Positions 1 to 13,310 of a stretch of DNA of 64,000 nt are shown here, piece by piece. The notes beneath the pieces are model-generated. The model did no database searches, was not told the DNA's origin, and saw only the letters and a list, made by a program, of their open reading frames with translations. Source of the stretch: Felis catus (lineage: Eukaryota); contig NC_058368.1 in NCBI RefSeq assembly GCF_018350175.1, positions 167,340,001 to 167,404,000 of the forward strand, written 5' to 3'. The position numbers and the translations under genes are program-made. Numbering within the stretch: position 1 is the first letter of the stretch; each line of letters begins with the position of its first letter.

Positions 1-679
1 ATGTTGAAAAGATTATTGCCTATATTGTCTTTTAGGAGTTTTAGGGTTTCAGGCCATACATTTAGACTTTTCAACCATTTTGAGTTTATTTTTGTGTATG
101 ATGTAAGAAAGTGGTCTAGTTTCATTCTTTTGCATGTAGTTGTCCAATTTTGCGAACATTAATGAAGAGATTGTCTTTTACCCAGTGTATATTCTTGCCT
201 CTATTGTCATACATTAATTCACCATATAAGCATGGGTTTATTTCTGGGCTCTCTATCCTATTCTATTGTCTATGTGTTTATTTCTGTGCAAGTACTATAC
301 TGTTTTATTATAGCTCTGTAGCGTAGCTTGAAATCTGGCATTGTTATACCTCCAGCTTTGTTCTTAAGATTTCTTTGGCTATTCAGGGTCATTTATGGTT
401 CCATACAAATCATAAAATTATTTGTTCTAGCTTTGTGAAAAATACTATTGATATTTTGATAGAGTATACTTTGAATCTGTTGATAGCTTTGGGTTGTGTG
501 GACAGTTTATTAATCCGATCCATGAGCATGGTATATCTTTCATTTGTTTGTTCATCTTCAATTTCTTTGAATGTCTTAAAGTTTTCAGAGTGCAGGTTTT
601 TCCGCCTCCTTGGTTAAATTTATTCCTAGGTATTTTACTATCTGGATGCAATATAATTGTTTTCTTCATTTCTCTTTCT

Positions 680-700
680 TTTCTTTTTATGTTTATTTAT

Positions 701-748
<48 letters not shown>

Positions 749-916
749 ATGGGCAGGGGAGGGGCAGAGAGAGAGAGGGAGACACAGAATCTGAAGCAGG
801 CTCCAGGCTCTGAGCTGTCAGCACAGAGCCCAATGCATGGCTCGAACCCACGAACCGTGAGATCATGACCTGAGCCGAAGTCGGTTGCCCAACCAACTAA
901 GCCACCCAGGCGCCCC
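680..916 (-). mobile_element. Can-SINE (feliform SINEC type) inserted in L1
   Basis: Reverse complement GGGGCGCCTGGGTGGCT...CTCAGGTCATGATCTCACGGTTCGTGGGTTCGAGCC, with (CT)n and an A-rich tail. Imperfect TSD ttcatttctctttct / ttaatttctttttct. Confidence 0.96.
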
Positions 917-1722
917 TTAATTTCTTTTTCTGATAGCATATTACTAGTGCACAGAAGTGCAACTGATATTTGCATATTGATTTGGTATCCTGAAAGTTGA
1001 CTGAATTTGTTTATTCTAACAGTATTTCTTGGTGGAGTTTTTCGAGTTTTCTGCAAAATGTCATCTGCAAACAGTGACTGTTAAACTTCTTTCTTTCTGA
1101 TTTGGATGCCTTTTATTTCTTTATCCTGCCCAGTTGCTCTGGCTAGGATGTCTAATAGTGTTGTTGAATTAAAGTGGCAAGAGTGGGCATCCCTGTCTTG
1201 TTCCTGATCTTAGAGGAAATGCTGTCATCTTTTCATCATTGAATGTGATGTTACCTGTGGGCTTGTAATATATGGCTTTTTCTTATACCTACTTCTATAC
1301 CCACTTTGTTGAGAGTTTTTATCATAAGTGAATATTGAATTTTGTCAAATGTTTTTGTACCCATTGAGATGATCATATTATTTTTATCTTTCATTTTGTT
1401 AATGTGATGTATTACGTTGATGTAGGAATCCTTACATCCCTGGAATAAATCTCACTCATGATGTATGATCCTTTTAATACATTACTGAATTTGTTTCACT
1501 AATATTTTGTTGAGGATTTTATTATCCCTTATATTCATCAGGGATATTAGCCTGTAATTATCTTTACTTGGGGCATTCTTGTCTGATTTGAGAATGCTGG
1601 CCTCATAAAATGAGTTTGGGGGTGTTCCCTCCTCTTCTATTTTTGGAAGAGTCTGAGACTGATAGGTATTAATTCTTCTTTGCGTGTTTGGTAGAAACTT
1701 ACCATTAAAGCCACCTGGTCTT

Positions 1723-1942
1723 GGAGTGCCTAGGAGGCTCAGTCACTTGAGTGTCTGACTTCAGCTCAGGTCATGATCTCACAGTTCACAGGTTCAAGCT
1801 CCACTTCAGGCTCTGTGCTGACAGCTCAGAGCCTGAAGCCTGCTTCAGATTCTATGTCTCCCTCTCTCTCTCTGCCCCTCCCCTGCTTGCTCTCTCTCTC
1901 TCAAAAACAAATAAAAACATTGAAAATTTTAAAAAAATAATA
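1723..1942 (+). mobile_element. Can-SINE inserted in L1
   Basis: tRNA-derived head, ggctctgtgctgacagctcagagcc body, (CT)n and A tail. TSD aaagccacctggtctt / aaagccacctgttctt. Confidence 0.96.
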
Positions 1943-4900
1943 AAAGCCACCTGTTCTTAGACTTTAGTTTGTTGGGAGGTTTTCTTGTTACTGATATAAT
2001 CTTGCTAGTAGTTGGTCTGTTCCATTGTTTTATTTATTCATGATTCAGTCTTAGTAGGTTACATATTTTTAGGAATTACTCATTCCGTAGAAGTTGTCAA
2101 TTTGTCAGTTATAACTGTTCATAGTAGTCTTTTATGATCTTTTGTATTTCTGTGGTATCATTTGTAAATATTTCCTCTTTCATTTCTGATTTTTTGAGTC
2201 CTTTTATTTTCCTTAGTGAGTCTAGCTAAAGGTTTGTTAATTTTACTTATTAAAAAAAATACTTCTTAGTTTTGCTGATCTTTTCTACTGTATTTTTAGT
2301 CTCTATTACATTTATTTCTACTCATCTTTTTTTTTCCCATCCTTTCACTGTCTTTGGGCTTTGTCATTTATTTTTCTAGTTCTTGAAGTGTAAAGTCATT
2401 TATTTGAGGTCTTTTTTGTTTTTGTTTTGTTTTTAATGTAGACATTTACCACTATGAGCTTCACCCTTAGAACTGTTACATCGCCTAAGTTTTAGTATGC
2501 CTTATTTTCATTTGTCTCAAGATATTTTTTTAAATTTTTTGATTTCCTCTTTGATTATTGGTTTATTCAGTAGCATGTTGTTTAATCTTTACATATTTGT
2601 GAATTTTCCATTTTTATTCTTGTAATTGATTTCTGGTTTTATACCATTGTTGTCAGAAAAGGTGCTTGATATGATTTAAGTCTTCTTGAAATTATTAAGA
2701 CTTATTTTGTGGTCTAAAAGGTAATAAATCTTGGATACTGTTCCCTGTGTGCTTGAGAAGAGTGTGTATTCTGTTGCTTTTGGGTTAAATGTTCTGTATT
2801 TATCTAAGTCCATCTGATTAGCCTGTCCTTTAAGATGAAATGTTTTCTTACTGATTTTTCCATCCTGATGGTCTATCCATTGATGAAAGTAGGGTACTAA
2901 AGTCTTCTATTATTGTATCACTCTTTGTTATGTAATTATATATAACAGACTTGTATAATAAATCTATTAATATTTGCTTTATAATATTTAAGTGCTTCTA
3001 TGTTGGGTGCATATATATTTACAAATGTTATATTTTCTTGTTGAATTGACCCCTTTATCATTATGCAATCATATTTATTTCTTAGTATAGTCTTTGTCAA
3101 AAAGTTTATTTGTGTGATGTTGAGTATAACTATCCAAGCTTTGTTTTGGTTTCAATTTTCAGAATTACCTTTTTCCATCACTGTATGTCCGTATATCTAA
3201 AGTGAGTCTCTTGTAGGCAGAATATAGGTGAGTCTTGTTTTTTTGTTTGTTTAGTTGTTGGTTTATTCATTGAGCTGCTCTGTATCTTTTGATTAGAGAA
3301 TTTAATCCATTTACATTGAACTTATTGATAGATATGGAGTTATTGCCATTTTATTGATTTCTGGCTGTTTTGCAATTCTTCTGTTTGCCTGTTTGTTTCC
3401 TGCTCTTGCTGTCTTTGTGGTTTGATGATTTTCTGTAGTGGTATGCTTAAATTCCTTTCTTTTTCTTTTGTGTATATACTGTGGGTTTAGGCTTTATGGC
3501 AACCATGAAGCTTATATAAAATAACATATTTATAACAGTGTATTTTAAGTTGATAAGCTGGATTGCATTCTAAAGCTCTACATTTTCCCTATGTATTATG
3601 TTTGTGGTGTCACATCCCTTTATTCTCTGTATCCCTTAACAAATTATTATAGTTATATTTTTTACTATTTTCTCTCTTAACCTTCATACTAGTTTTATAA
3701 GTGATTAACCCACCACTTTTACAACCTTTTATTATTCTGAATTTTACTATATACTTAACTTTACCAGTGATATTTATACTTTCACTTTTTGTTGTTGTTA
3801 TTTATTTGCATCCTTTCATTTCAGCTTAAAGAGTCCATTTAAGTCTGGTGGTAAGGATCTTCTTTAGTTTTGCTTGTCAGAAAAAGCCTTTATCTCTCCT
3901 TCAAATAAAGGACAACTTTGCCAGGTAGATTATTTTTGGTTGGCTTTTTTTTTTTTTTTTCAGTGCTTTGAATGTATCAGGTCACTCTCTTCTTTCCTCA
4001 AAGTTCCTGCTAGATAAGGTGCTCATAGTCTTAGAGGTGTTCCCTTGTATGTTACAAGTTGTTTTTCTCTTGCTGCTTTTAAGATTCTTTCCTTGTCTTT
4101 AAATTTTGACATCTTAGTTATGATGTATCTTAACGTGAGTGTCTTGCAAACAATTTTGGTGTGGGTTTATTTGAAAGTTTCTGGGCTTCCTATTGATGTA
4201 GGTGTTTGTTTCCTTCCCAAGCTTAGTGAGATTTTCGAACATTATTTCTCTAAGTTTTCTGCCCAGTTCTCTTTGTTTCTGGGAGTCCTATGGTGTGAAT
4301 GTGGATCTCTGCTGTCTTCCCATGAGCCCCTTTAGCCATCTTCATTCTTACACATTCTTTTTTTCTTTGGCTGCTCTCATTGGGAGAAATTCACTGCCCT
4401 GTCCTTGAGTTCATTTTTCCTTTTCTTCTGCTTTGACTATTCTGCTATTGAACCCCTCTATTGTATTTTTCAGTTTAGTTACTGCGTTCCTTAGTTCTAT
4501 TACTTCTGTTTGGCATTTCCTTGTATTTTCTCTCTTAATTGAAATTTTGACTCCTTTCATCCATTATTTTTAAGGGCTAGGTAAACCTCTTTATTAGTTA
4601 TTTTGAAGTAGTGTCAGATAAATCACTGACCTTTGTTTTTACCGTTCGTTGAAGTCTTAGCAGATTCTTTTTAAGGACATTTGCTGTTATTTAATTTTCC
4701 TTGACTCTCTGTGTTGGTTTCCTTGCATTGGATAAAACAGGCACCATTCCTAGTCTTGAAGGAGTGGCCTTGTGTAGGAGATGAAACTTATCATTCAGCC
4801 TTGCCATAGCTCTTGGTTGTCTCTCAAATCTTTGTGACTGTCTAAGCAGCCTACTTTATTTTTAGTGGCTCCCAATATTTGAGGGTGTGCCAAGACCTGT

Positions 4901-6679
4901 TGGTGTCCCAAAGGCAAGGATTTCAATCAGCACCTACATTCAGGCTAATTGAAAACCAGACCCTCAGGCATCAGCTTCTTAAGTGTGCAAAAATACCTCT
5001 TTTAGGGGAAGACTGAGAGATGGGCATTTCTTTCTAGTCCCTCTGCACTATTCCATGGCATAATCACCAGATCAGAACTGTTTCTTTGTTACCATTCCAC
5101 TGGACTCATGAGCACTGGACCCACTGGCCAGGTGATCAAGGAGATTTTATGTGGTGCATAAACACCAGGGCACCATATATAAAAAATTGGAGTACCAGAT
5201 ATACATACAAGTTGCCCTCTGGGCATTACTGATACTCTAGAGCATGGCAGAGGGACAGACCAAAGATAGTACTTGCCTTCTGGGGTCTCTAGAGAGGATT
5301 ATGGTCAGCCTTTAGATGTGTGTTAAATTAGAAGCCTCTCAGGACACAGCTATGAAAATAAGCTAATAGGCCTTTTAATAGAAGGACTGGGTGCCTTGGT
5401 TTGTTGCCTCTGTGATGTACCCTCGGGGTAGTAGCTTATAAAAAACTTTATCCATTTTCTACAGTCTTGTGAGATGTGCATGGACAAGCCCTGCTAGCCA
5501 CGTAAGCCAAGTGATCTAGAGGTGCCCCTGGGTGATAGTGCAAAAATCAGGGTGTCAGATGAGGGCACCACTCCCTTCTAGGCAACATGGAGTGAGGCAC
5601 AGAGAGTGCCAAGATGGCCTCTGTCTTTGGAAAATATTTCGGTTGGTCCTTCCATGTGTGTTATATTAGATGTGTGATAGTCAAGCTAATACTTTAAGAA
5701 AAGCAAATAAACCTTTTTCATAGAATGTCTGGATGCTGTTTAGTCAGCTGCCTTTGTTGTACTGGGTGCTGGGATCGGTAAGTCCACACATGTGAGCCCT
5801 TTAAGAACTATTTCTCAGTTCACCAGAGCCTTATGGGTCTTGTGGACATGAGTCCCATTGGCTTTTTCAAAGCTAGATGTTTTGGAGGCCCTTTTCTCAG
5901 ATGTAGGTTCTAAAAGTCAGTGAGCCAGGTATATGCTTCAGAGCTTTCACTCCCCAGGGAAAAGCTCAAAGTTGAGTTCCCTTCTGATTTGGAGTCACAG
6001 CATCCGGCTGGGGTTTATGATGAGATTGTTTCAGCCTTTCTTACCCACTTGGATATGGGTCTTATTTGCCCAATGTGTAGGAGTTGACCAGCTAGGTTTT
6101 GGATTTTGTTTTCATAGGAAATCGTTCAGTGTCTACTTTAGATTCAGTGAGTCTATCAGGATCCTCCTCTGCTGCCATCTTAAACCAGAATCTATCTCAA
6201 TTTATTTATTTATTTATTTACTTACTGAGGATGGTTCATAAAGTGTGTTATCCTGTACAGCCTTGAGGTGACTATGATTATAGGAGATTTTCTCTGTACT
6301 TGCCAAAATATAGTGGTTAACAGAAAATTCTGGTTGACAAGTTGCCCTGGAATGGAGATGGAGAGCAAGTTTGGTATGTTCAACTCTATCTGCCTTCCCG
6401 TGCCTTGCAGGTATTATTAATTAGTTTCTAGGCCAAGATATTTTCACTAGGTCACAAGTGCTTTTGCACAACATGTAACATGCACATCTTGAGCTTATGA
6501 AAACAAAAAGTCAGATCCAGTCCATAGTAAATATTCCTAATTGCTAAATTTTCACACATTTTTCGTGACTTGGTGTGCTACAGATGAGAAACATTACCAT
6601 CTCTGCGTCTACCAAGAGTGGCTATAAAGTGATGACTGATAACCATGTACATATATATATTTTAAACACAAAGGGAGTT

Positions 6680-7105
6680 AAACAGCCAAAATAGTTGTCA
6701 TTCAAAGGAATAACTTTTGAAACCCATACTGATCCCAGAAATACTGAATTTATTCAAATATCTTTGGACTTCATCTCAGGAATTCTTAAAATCCATGCAA
6801 GAAAATCATATAGACGCTTTGCAGATTACATCTCATTTTGCCTAAAAACAGTACTGCCCCAATAGGTCACTCTCTATACTTACCAGTTTTGGTCTCAAGG
6901 ACTTCAGGCTCTTTCTCAAAATTAAATGCATCTCCAAAGCACAAAAATTTATCATCACTGAGGACATTGAAAAGATTTTTGAAGCAATTACAAAAGGAGA
7001 ATGTTTTAAAAAGTTTTTTAAAAGAAAGATAGCAACATTCAGAGTATGGCTAGGGCCTCCAGGGAACTGGGAGCAAGAGACTCTACTTTGGAGGGATAAA
7101 TTCCA
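6680..7105 (+). mobile_element. Ancient mariner-type DNA transposon relic (MARNA-like)
   Basis: Frameshifted translation HSLYLPVLVS / DFRLFLKIKCISKAQKFIITEDIEK (6868-6974) resembles the mariner transposase motif HPPYSPDLAPxDF.LF..LK..LKG.RF. Boundaries approximate. Confidence 0.7.
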
Positions 7106-7387
7106 TTGTTGTTCTTTTTATAAAGCTGTCATCTCATTTGTACCATTTATTGAGCCTTCCTGATTCTCTCAGACAGGAACATTTTCATCATTTCCTCCAT
7201 TCTTAGGGAGTATGAGAAGTGATAGAGACCAGGGTAGAATTTGGGAAAGTTATACATTTGCATCTCAGGTTAAAGAAAAGTAGAGAAAACAGGAGAAGAT
7301 ATACACTAAAAGGCAAAGGAGCAAGAAGTAGTTACTGTGTTCAAATATTTCAGAGGTACTCTTTTAACTCTTCTTGTTGATGACAGT

Positions 7388-7590
7388 TATTGGGCATTTA
7401 CCATGAGCATATAGCCATGCTTATTACTTGACATAGAATAACTTAGATAACTCTTCCAATAACTATGGAAAGGAGGTGTCCTTACCAGTTCTTTATGGAT
7501 GAAGAGACAGAGAAATTTTTTTCTTGTAAGTTAATGGGCTAGACAAGATTAAACCTTAAGTTTCTCTGATTCCAAAGCCAGTGATTTCTG
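7388..7590 (-). mobile_element. MIR, degraded
   Basis: tattgggcatttaccatg ... ttatggatgaagagacagag ... ctgattccaaagcc resembles antisense MIR. Confidence 0.6.
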
Positions 7591-7983
7591 CAATTGTACC
7601 AAGAATCTAACCAAAACCAGCATCTCACTCATGATTTTTAGGAAGATGGCAAGTTCAGATACAACTAAGACACTCTCACAGGGGATCAGGACAGATTGTC
7701 ACTCTGAGCCTAGCTCAGGTGTCATTTCTATTGATTCCACCAGGTACATTTATTTTAGACTTGGTCTATCTGTTGAGATCTCAAAGCAGATGTTTGAGAT
7801 CCAGGGAACCACAATCAGGTTGTAACAAGTTGGCCATTGTGGTACTACACGGTACTATTTTATTTTATTGATTAACTTTGTTTTTAAAACTGCATACATT
7901 TTTTCCACATAGGTTGTTGGTCCGTGTCTGTTCTTCCCATGACCTTAATATATCTATACCATGAAAGGCCATAATTAGGAATT

Positions 7984-8031
7984 TTATTTTAGAAAGAGAG
8001 CATTAGCATGCAAGAGGTGCAGAAAGAGAGG

Positions 8032-8087
<56 letters not shown>

Positions 8088-8208
8088 CTCAAGCAGGCTC
8101 CACACTCAGCATAGAGCCCAACACAGGGCTCAATCCCAAGATCCTGGGATCATTACCTGAGCCAAAATCAAGAGTCTGACCTCAACTGACTGAGCCACCC
8201 AGGTGCCC
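7984..8208 (-). mobile_element. Can-SINE with expanded (GA)n
   Basis: Ends in ctgagccacccaggtgccc; long (GA)n at ~8025-8085; short TSD ggaatt. Confidence 0.93.
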
Positions 8209-10094
8209 TGGGAATTATCTTAAATGCCTGTCATAAAGAGTTGACATAGACCAGCACTATTTCTCTACCAATCTTTATTGTCTTGGGTTTTCCATTCTTT
8301 TTTTTCTCCCCCCTCACATCCCACACATCCTTTCCTACTCTTCCTTTGTAAACTGAGATGAAAAGGACAAGAAGGCAGGAAGTCTTCTTTTCACTTGACT
8401 TTTGACCACATATAACCACACAAACAGCCTGTTTTAATTGTTCAGTTACCTCCAGTCTCTGTTATGGATGCTTTAACTGTGTATTTAGACATCAAGTCCT
8501 TGATAGAACTCATGTCCAACTAAGCATCAAACACAGCTCTTGGCAAAATGCAAGGACCTCAACTGACCAATTGTAATCATGCTACACTTGTCAGAAGCAA
8601 AAGTTGGACTCAGGGTCCTGCTCTTTGTCTCAACGTTGTGATTTTTTTTTTTTTTGTCCTGTCCACTATCACCGGACAGGGTGGCCAAATATACTGTTGT
8701 CACTCCTGATCGGTTAGAATTAGGTACGTTGTAATGAGACTGTACCTACATAGATCTCAGATTTTGTTTGTGATTTAGCTTTTTGAACTGTATGATCAAA
8801 AATAGAAGACTGCTTATTTTCACTAAGAGACTTGAGTTTTTGCTGTTAATGAGGTAGCATGGGCAGGGATTTCCTTCAAAGTCTATTTCTTAGTCTCCTT
8901 TCTGTTAGTATTTCCTTCCTCTTCTTTTCTTTATTCTGCCTTTGTCCCTTTGAGCTCTTCCTCCTCTAGCTCTGTTACTAATTCCCTGGGGAGGCAATAT
9001 AGGGTCTACCGTGTGAGAATCCAGTTTCCAGTGATTCTTTTTGGTCTATGAAATACCTATCATCAGTTCTTCAAATTTTAATATCTAGACAGATGTATGT
9101 GCTCTATTAAGGGAGAAGTGCTGTGGAATGTGATGGGTTGTGTGCCAAGACTAATCTTCTATTCCGTAGATGTTGGTACTCAGTTAGTCTTGGTTGACTG
9201 GGCAATTCCCATGTAGCTTTTGCTTAATGTCTGAGTAATTGGAGGGAGAAGGACTTTGGTCTTTGTCCTTTTGTGACTTCCTCTTTTTGCACTTTATTTG
9301 AGATTACGAGCGGGTGTGATTTCAGATGAGAAACACTTAACAGTGAGTCAGGGAGATGAAATTTCACCGAGATGCAGAACACAGGAAGAGAAAATGTGTG
9401 AAAAATCACGTTGACGGGGTTGTCTTGGTAGCTAGTAAAGCGGAGAAAGGAAATTCCCGCACAGCAGGCTTTAATAAAATTGGCAGGCAGGGATGTTGGA
9501 TTGTGTGAGGAGACTGGTGAGGAATATAGAGATGGAGAGCAAGTGAAGCAGTCATGGGGGCCTATTGGACATTCTTTCTCGGCACCTAATTTACTCTTTA
9601 AATGAGCCTCCAGATAAGAATTGTTTTCCCATAAATTTGCATCAGTAGATTTAAGAGCATGGTTGTGTACTTACTTCCCAACACAGGGGGTAAGCCAAAT
9701 ATCAGGCAGTATTATGGTTTGGTATTAAAGATTTCCAATCCCAAGGATAGGTTATGAAGAATGGACATTTATGTGTGTATGAGCCAAACTGAGTGTCTAG
9801 AAATCCAGATTCCCAAAGGAGCTAAAGCAGGACATGGTCATTACTTAAGGGATTTATCATGTAATGCTTTTAAAGACACATAAAGACACATAAACACTGT
9901 TCGAGGGCTTGAAGAGTATCATTTGATTTTCATGTAACTTTTCTGGAATATTTATCTACGACATCAGGTAAGCCTATTACCAAGAGGAGTGATGGAAGCC
10001 CTACGCCCTTGTCGCCTGGGTCCCTTTCCTAAGGATCCAGAAGTTATTTGTTGGACTTATTTTTTATATTCTCCTTCCACCTACCAGTGTGTAA

Positions 10095-10206
10095 AACGCT
10101 TGACAAAAGGCCATTTGTTTTTTTCTTCAAAGATGTACCCTACGTGCTTGGCACATTTTGTGGCATATAGTAGGTGGTCAGTAAATATTTACTAACTGAA
10201 TGAATG
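10095..10206 (+). mobile_element. L2 3' end fragment
   Basis: tggcatatagtaggtggtcagtaaatattt...tgaatgaatga is the typical L2 terminus. Confidence 0.65.
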
Positions 10207-12629
10207 ATCCTGGGATATCAGAGCAAGTTCACCTCACATGAGTAAATCACCTAAGCCAAAGGTGACAGCTAGCCCAGAGGTCCTTGATCTAACCCCCCAT
10301 TATGTCAGTGGCTGTCCTTTGAGGCCCTGCCAGGCTTCTCATGTGGGAGGGTGGTTTCCTCCCAGGGCCGGCTTCATGAGACCAGGACCTGGGACATAGA
10401 GTGTCCCTACATGCCAGAGTCTGGCAGGCTCACATAGGCAATTATTTGCTCTCGATACATGAAATATTGGTGGGGATAACAACTTTAACGTTTACCTTTT
10501 AGGAACTTTTGTTAAATGCTCTCCTTAAGCTGAGGTTGATACTCCATGAGTTAGTCTGCAGCCTTCAGAGCAGGCCCAGCAACTTGGGCCTCTACCAACT
10601 GCTTTTTAACTAGTAACTGGCTTAGAAATGGCAAAGCAGCAAATTCTGCTGGTGACCCACGGCTGAAATCAATACTGCCATTATAAGTGGAAGGTCACTT
10701 GACAGCGGTATCTGTCACTCTGAACTTCCTTTGCCTCCAGAGGAGACCATGAGCTTAGGCACAAAGTAGGGATGAAATGCCTACTTTAGCTGATGAAATC
10801 TGTTAAAGGGAGGGAGGGAAACAGGCTAACCCTCATGCCCCTGCTTTGCACTTGGTTCTGGGAGAGAGGGAGGAGAGGCCCTTAGCCCCTGCTGTTCTCA
10901 GTGGGGTCCCTCCAAGAGCAGTTCTTGTATTAACCACTTCACTGTTTTGTCCCCTTCTCGTTATCTGTTCTTGTTAGAATCTTTATTATTCATGGATGCA
11001 AAAAAAAAAAATCCCATCATTAAACCATCATAAATATTCATAACACTTTGCAATTGTGTGCATTTCATTTAGCCACTTGGCAAAACTTCTCTGAAGTACC
11101 AGAGTTTTAAGAAAATCTGGCTAATGAGACCAGAGCCCAGGAAATGCAGGGTGGCTTTTCTACTTTCTGTTATTTGATTTTCACCTGAAAACAAATGCAG
11201 AGTATAAATAATAATTAAAAGAGATAAGCAGGGGAGGCGTTCCCTTGCAGTGAAGAGCCACACATTCCTTGGCTTTGTCTTGATTGTGCTTTTGTGTTGA
11301 GCAAAAGATAAGGTAAACACTGTACTACAAGAGAGGGAATCATGAGGCTGCAATGCTAATGGATTTATACAGGAGTCTACAAAGGCCAGATAAACCCCCT
11401 GCTTTGGTTAACGGGGACCTCTCTTCTCATGTTCTGTATAATTACTGACGTCAGGTTGCAGTTGAGATAAGCAGGGCCCTTTTCTTGGACTTACTATGGC
11501 AGACAGCCACCCCATTTTTAGTGTCTAAGGAAGAATTATATACATCTCTCTCTCTTCTTCTAATCCAGTTTATCTAAACTGTGCACTCTCCATCAGTACT
11601 GAGAGCTTCTCACGGGAGTGAAAGAGAACCCAGCAAACTTCTGCAGCAGCCGAGAGGAATTGGGATACGGTGCTTCCCCACTGCCACTGCCTCCAGTCCA
11701 GAGCACACAGATTTAAACCGGGGGGGTGGGGGGGGGACATTTTTTTGTTTTGTAACACAAATTCATGCCTTGAAATGTTTCTTTCCTATCTTTTCATCCT
11801 GAGGACTGTCACCACAAAAAAGGAACTTTTAAACGGTATGGGCTTGTGGAGAGAAAATATTTATACCCGTATGTTTTGTAGCCCTTGCCTGCACTGGTTT
11901 AGGGTTCCTCCATGCCATTACTGACAGCATTTATGTTTGATAACGATATGCCTTCCCTGCACAACAGCTAACAGGTGCTAGAAAACACTGGTAACATTCA
12001 AGGCTGCTCTCAGCAAGTTCTGCTTTCCCTGAGGAGCTTATACCAAGTAGAAATAAGTTACCACCAATCCAAGTGTTAGACTAGCTGTTCGTGTGCAGCA
12101 CTTTCTTAGGAAATGTCACATGTTAATGGGAGAGCGCTCCAGCTTCCCAAGCAGAGGACCAATTAAGGAAAGTTTGCCTTGGTCCCCATTCCTGTGGAAT
12201 TAGAGTGGGTCCTGTTTTTCCAGTATTGATCCTTGAGCTCATTTGTGGTGTTTGGCATTCGTCTCCTCGTTGGTGGGCCCATCTCAAATACTCTCTAATT
12301 AGAGTCTTACTATGGTCCCCCTCCCTGTGCCAACTGATAGGGGATATCAGCAGGGAGAAGGGGTTCCTCTCACCATTTATTTTATATTTCACCCTGTCAA
12401 GAAAAAAAGAAAAGTCTGAGTCTTCAAGAAAATCAAGTATGTCATTCTATATAATTCATTGTGTCAATTTAGATGTAGTGACCTTTGAAATATGGCAAAT
12501 TTCCTCAGTACTGTAACATATTGAAATTCAAAATCAGGTTTTCAAATTCTAGCGGTGTTAATTACTCCCTCTGTGCTTCCATTGCACTTTCTTCATAGCC
12601 CTCTTATCCTATCATATTTGTTTAATGGA

Positions 12630-13150
12630 CTATTTTGCTTGCAAACAACCATGATTCACTCAGCCTAACTCAAATAATGAGGGCTTATTTTAAGGATGTC
12701 AATGCCAATAATGGAGTCGGAGTGTCATGAAAACCTCAAAATAGAAGCCAGATAACGACCAGGCATTATAGTGACAGGAACTAGAGAGTGCTTCTGGGTT
12801 TAAGAAAACAGCGCTATGGAACTGAGCAGGTACAAGTTACGGCTTTGCTAAGAAGAAACAGGAGTAAGAGGATTTCTGTATATCTGTTCCTTTTGTTTGT
12901 TTATTTAGCCCCCTCTCTTCTGACTTATTCTATTTATATTACCTCTCAAGAGGGACACATTGATTGTCCTGGGTAACGGCTAAATAGCAAGTAAGAGCAA
13001 AGATACTTTCTCCTTGCCAGAACACACACAGGGCCCTGACTAGCCTGTGGATTGGCTGCGTGTGAGTCAGGTGCCCAGTCTCTGTCCAATCAGCTGTGAG
13101 CACAGATGTGACGGTGCGATATCTTATATGGCTGCCAGGACTGCCTCCTT
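12630..13150. mobile_element. Old MaLR LTR (MLT1J/K-like)
   Basis: ttgcttgcaaacaac...aactcaaataat..ttatt..aaggat start and gattggct...ggtgcccag..tccaatcagctgtg motif. Subfamily and strand uncertain. Confidence 0.55.
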
Positions 13151-13310
13151 TCCTTTCCTTAAAAGGGACTGTGTGTTTGACAAGCTCCTTACCTGATTTG
13201 TACAACCTCATAATGACTGGAAGCTTTAACTGGATGAAGCCGGTCTCCTATTAAAAATGCCTATAGTGTTTAGCACAGATTCTGGCATATAGTAGGTACT
13301 CCATAAATAA

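Larger units (their letters stand above)
1..6195 (-). mobile_element. Decayed LINE-1 (old L1M/L1MA-type), from ORF2 through ORF1 to the 5'UTR; the 3' part continues beyond the window start
   Basis: Minus-strand ORF2 relics: KDIPCSWIG (ORF 445..669), INKFSQLSGYQINMQISVALL..SEKEIK (ORF 697..1056), RT motif FADD (1060-1071) and RQGCPL (~1181-1200). T-rich plus strand throughout; AAGATGGC 5'-end motif at 6174-6181. Many stops and frameshifts; interrupted by two SINEs. Confidence 0.92.

Noticed and set aside
375..1056. ORFs with reverse-transcriptase-like peptides
   Set aside because: Fragments of decayed L1 ORF2, partly fused to SINE sequence; many stops and frameshifts, so not a gene or novel RT system.
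9871..9897. Short direct repeats (taaagacaca x2; also aatatgaaccac x2 at 33703-33729)
   Set aside because: Ordinary slippage duplications with no spacer structure.
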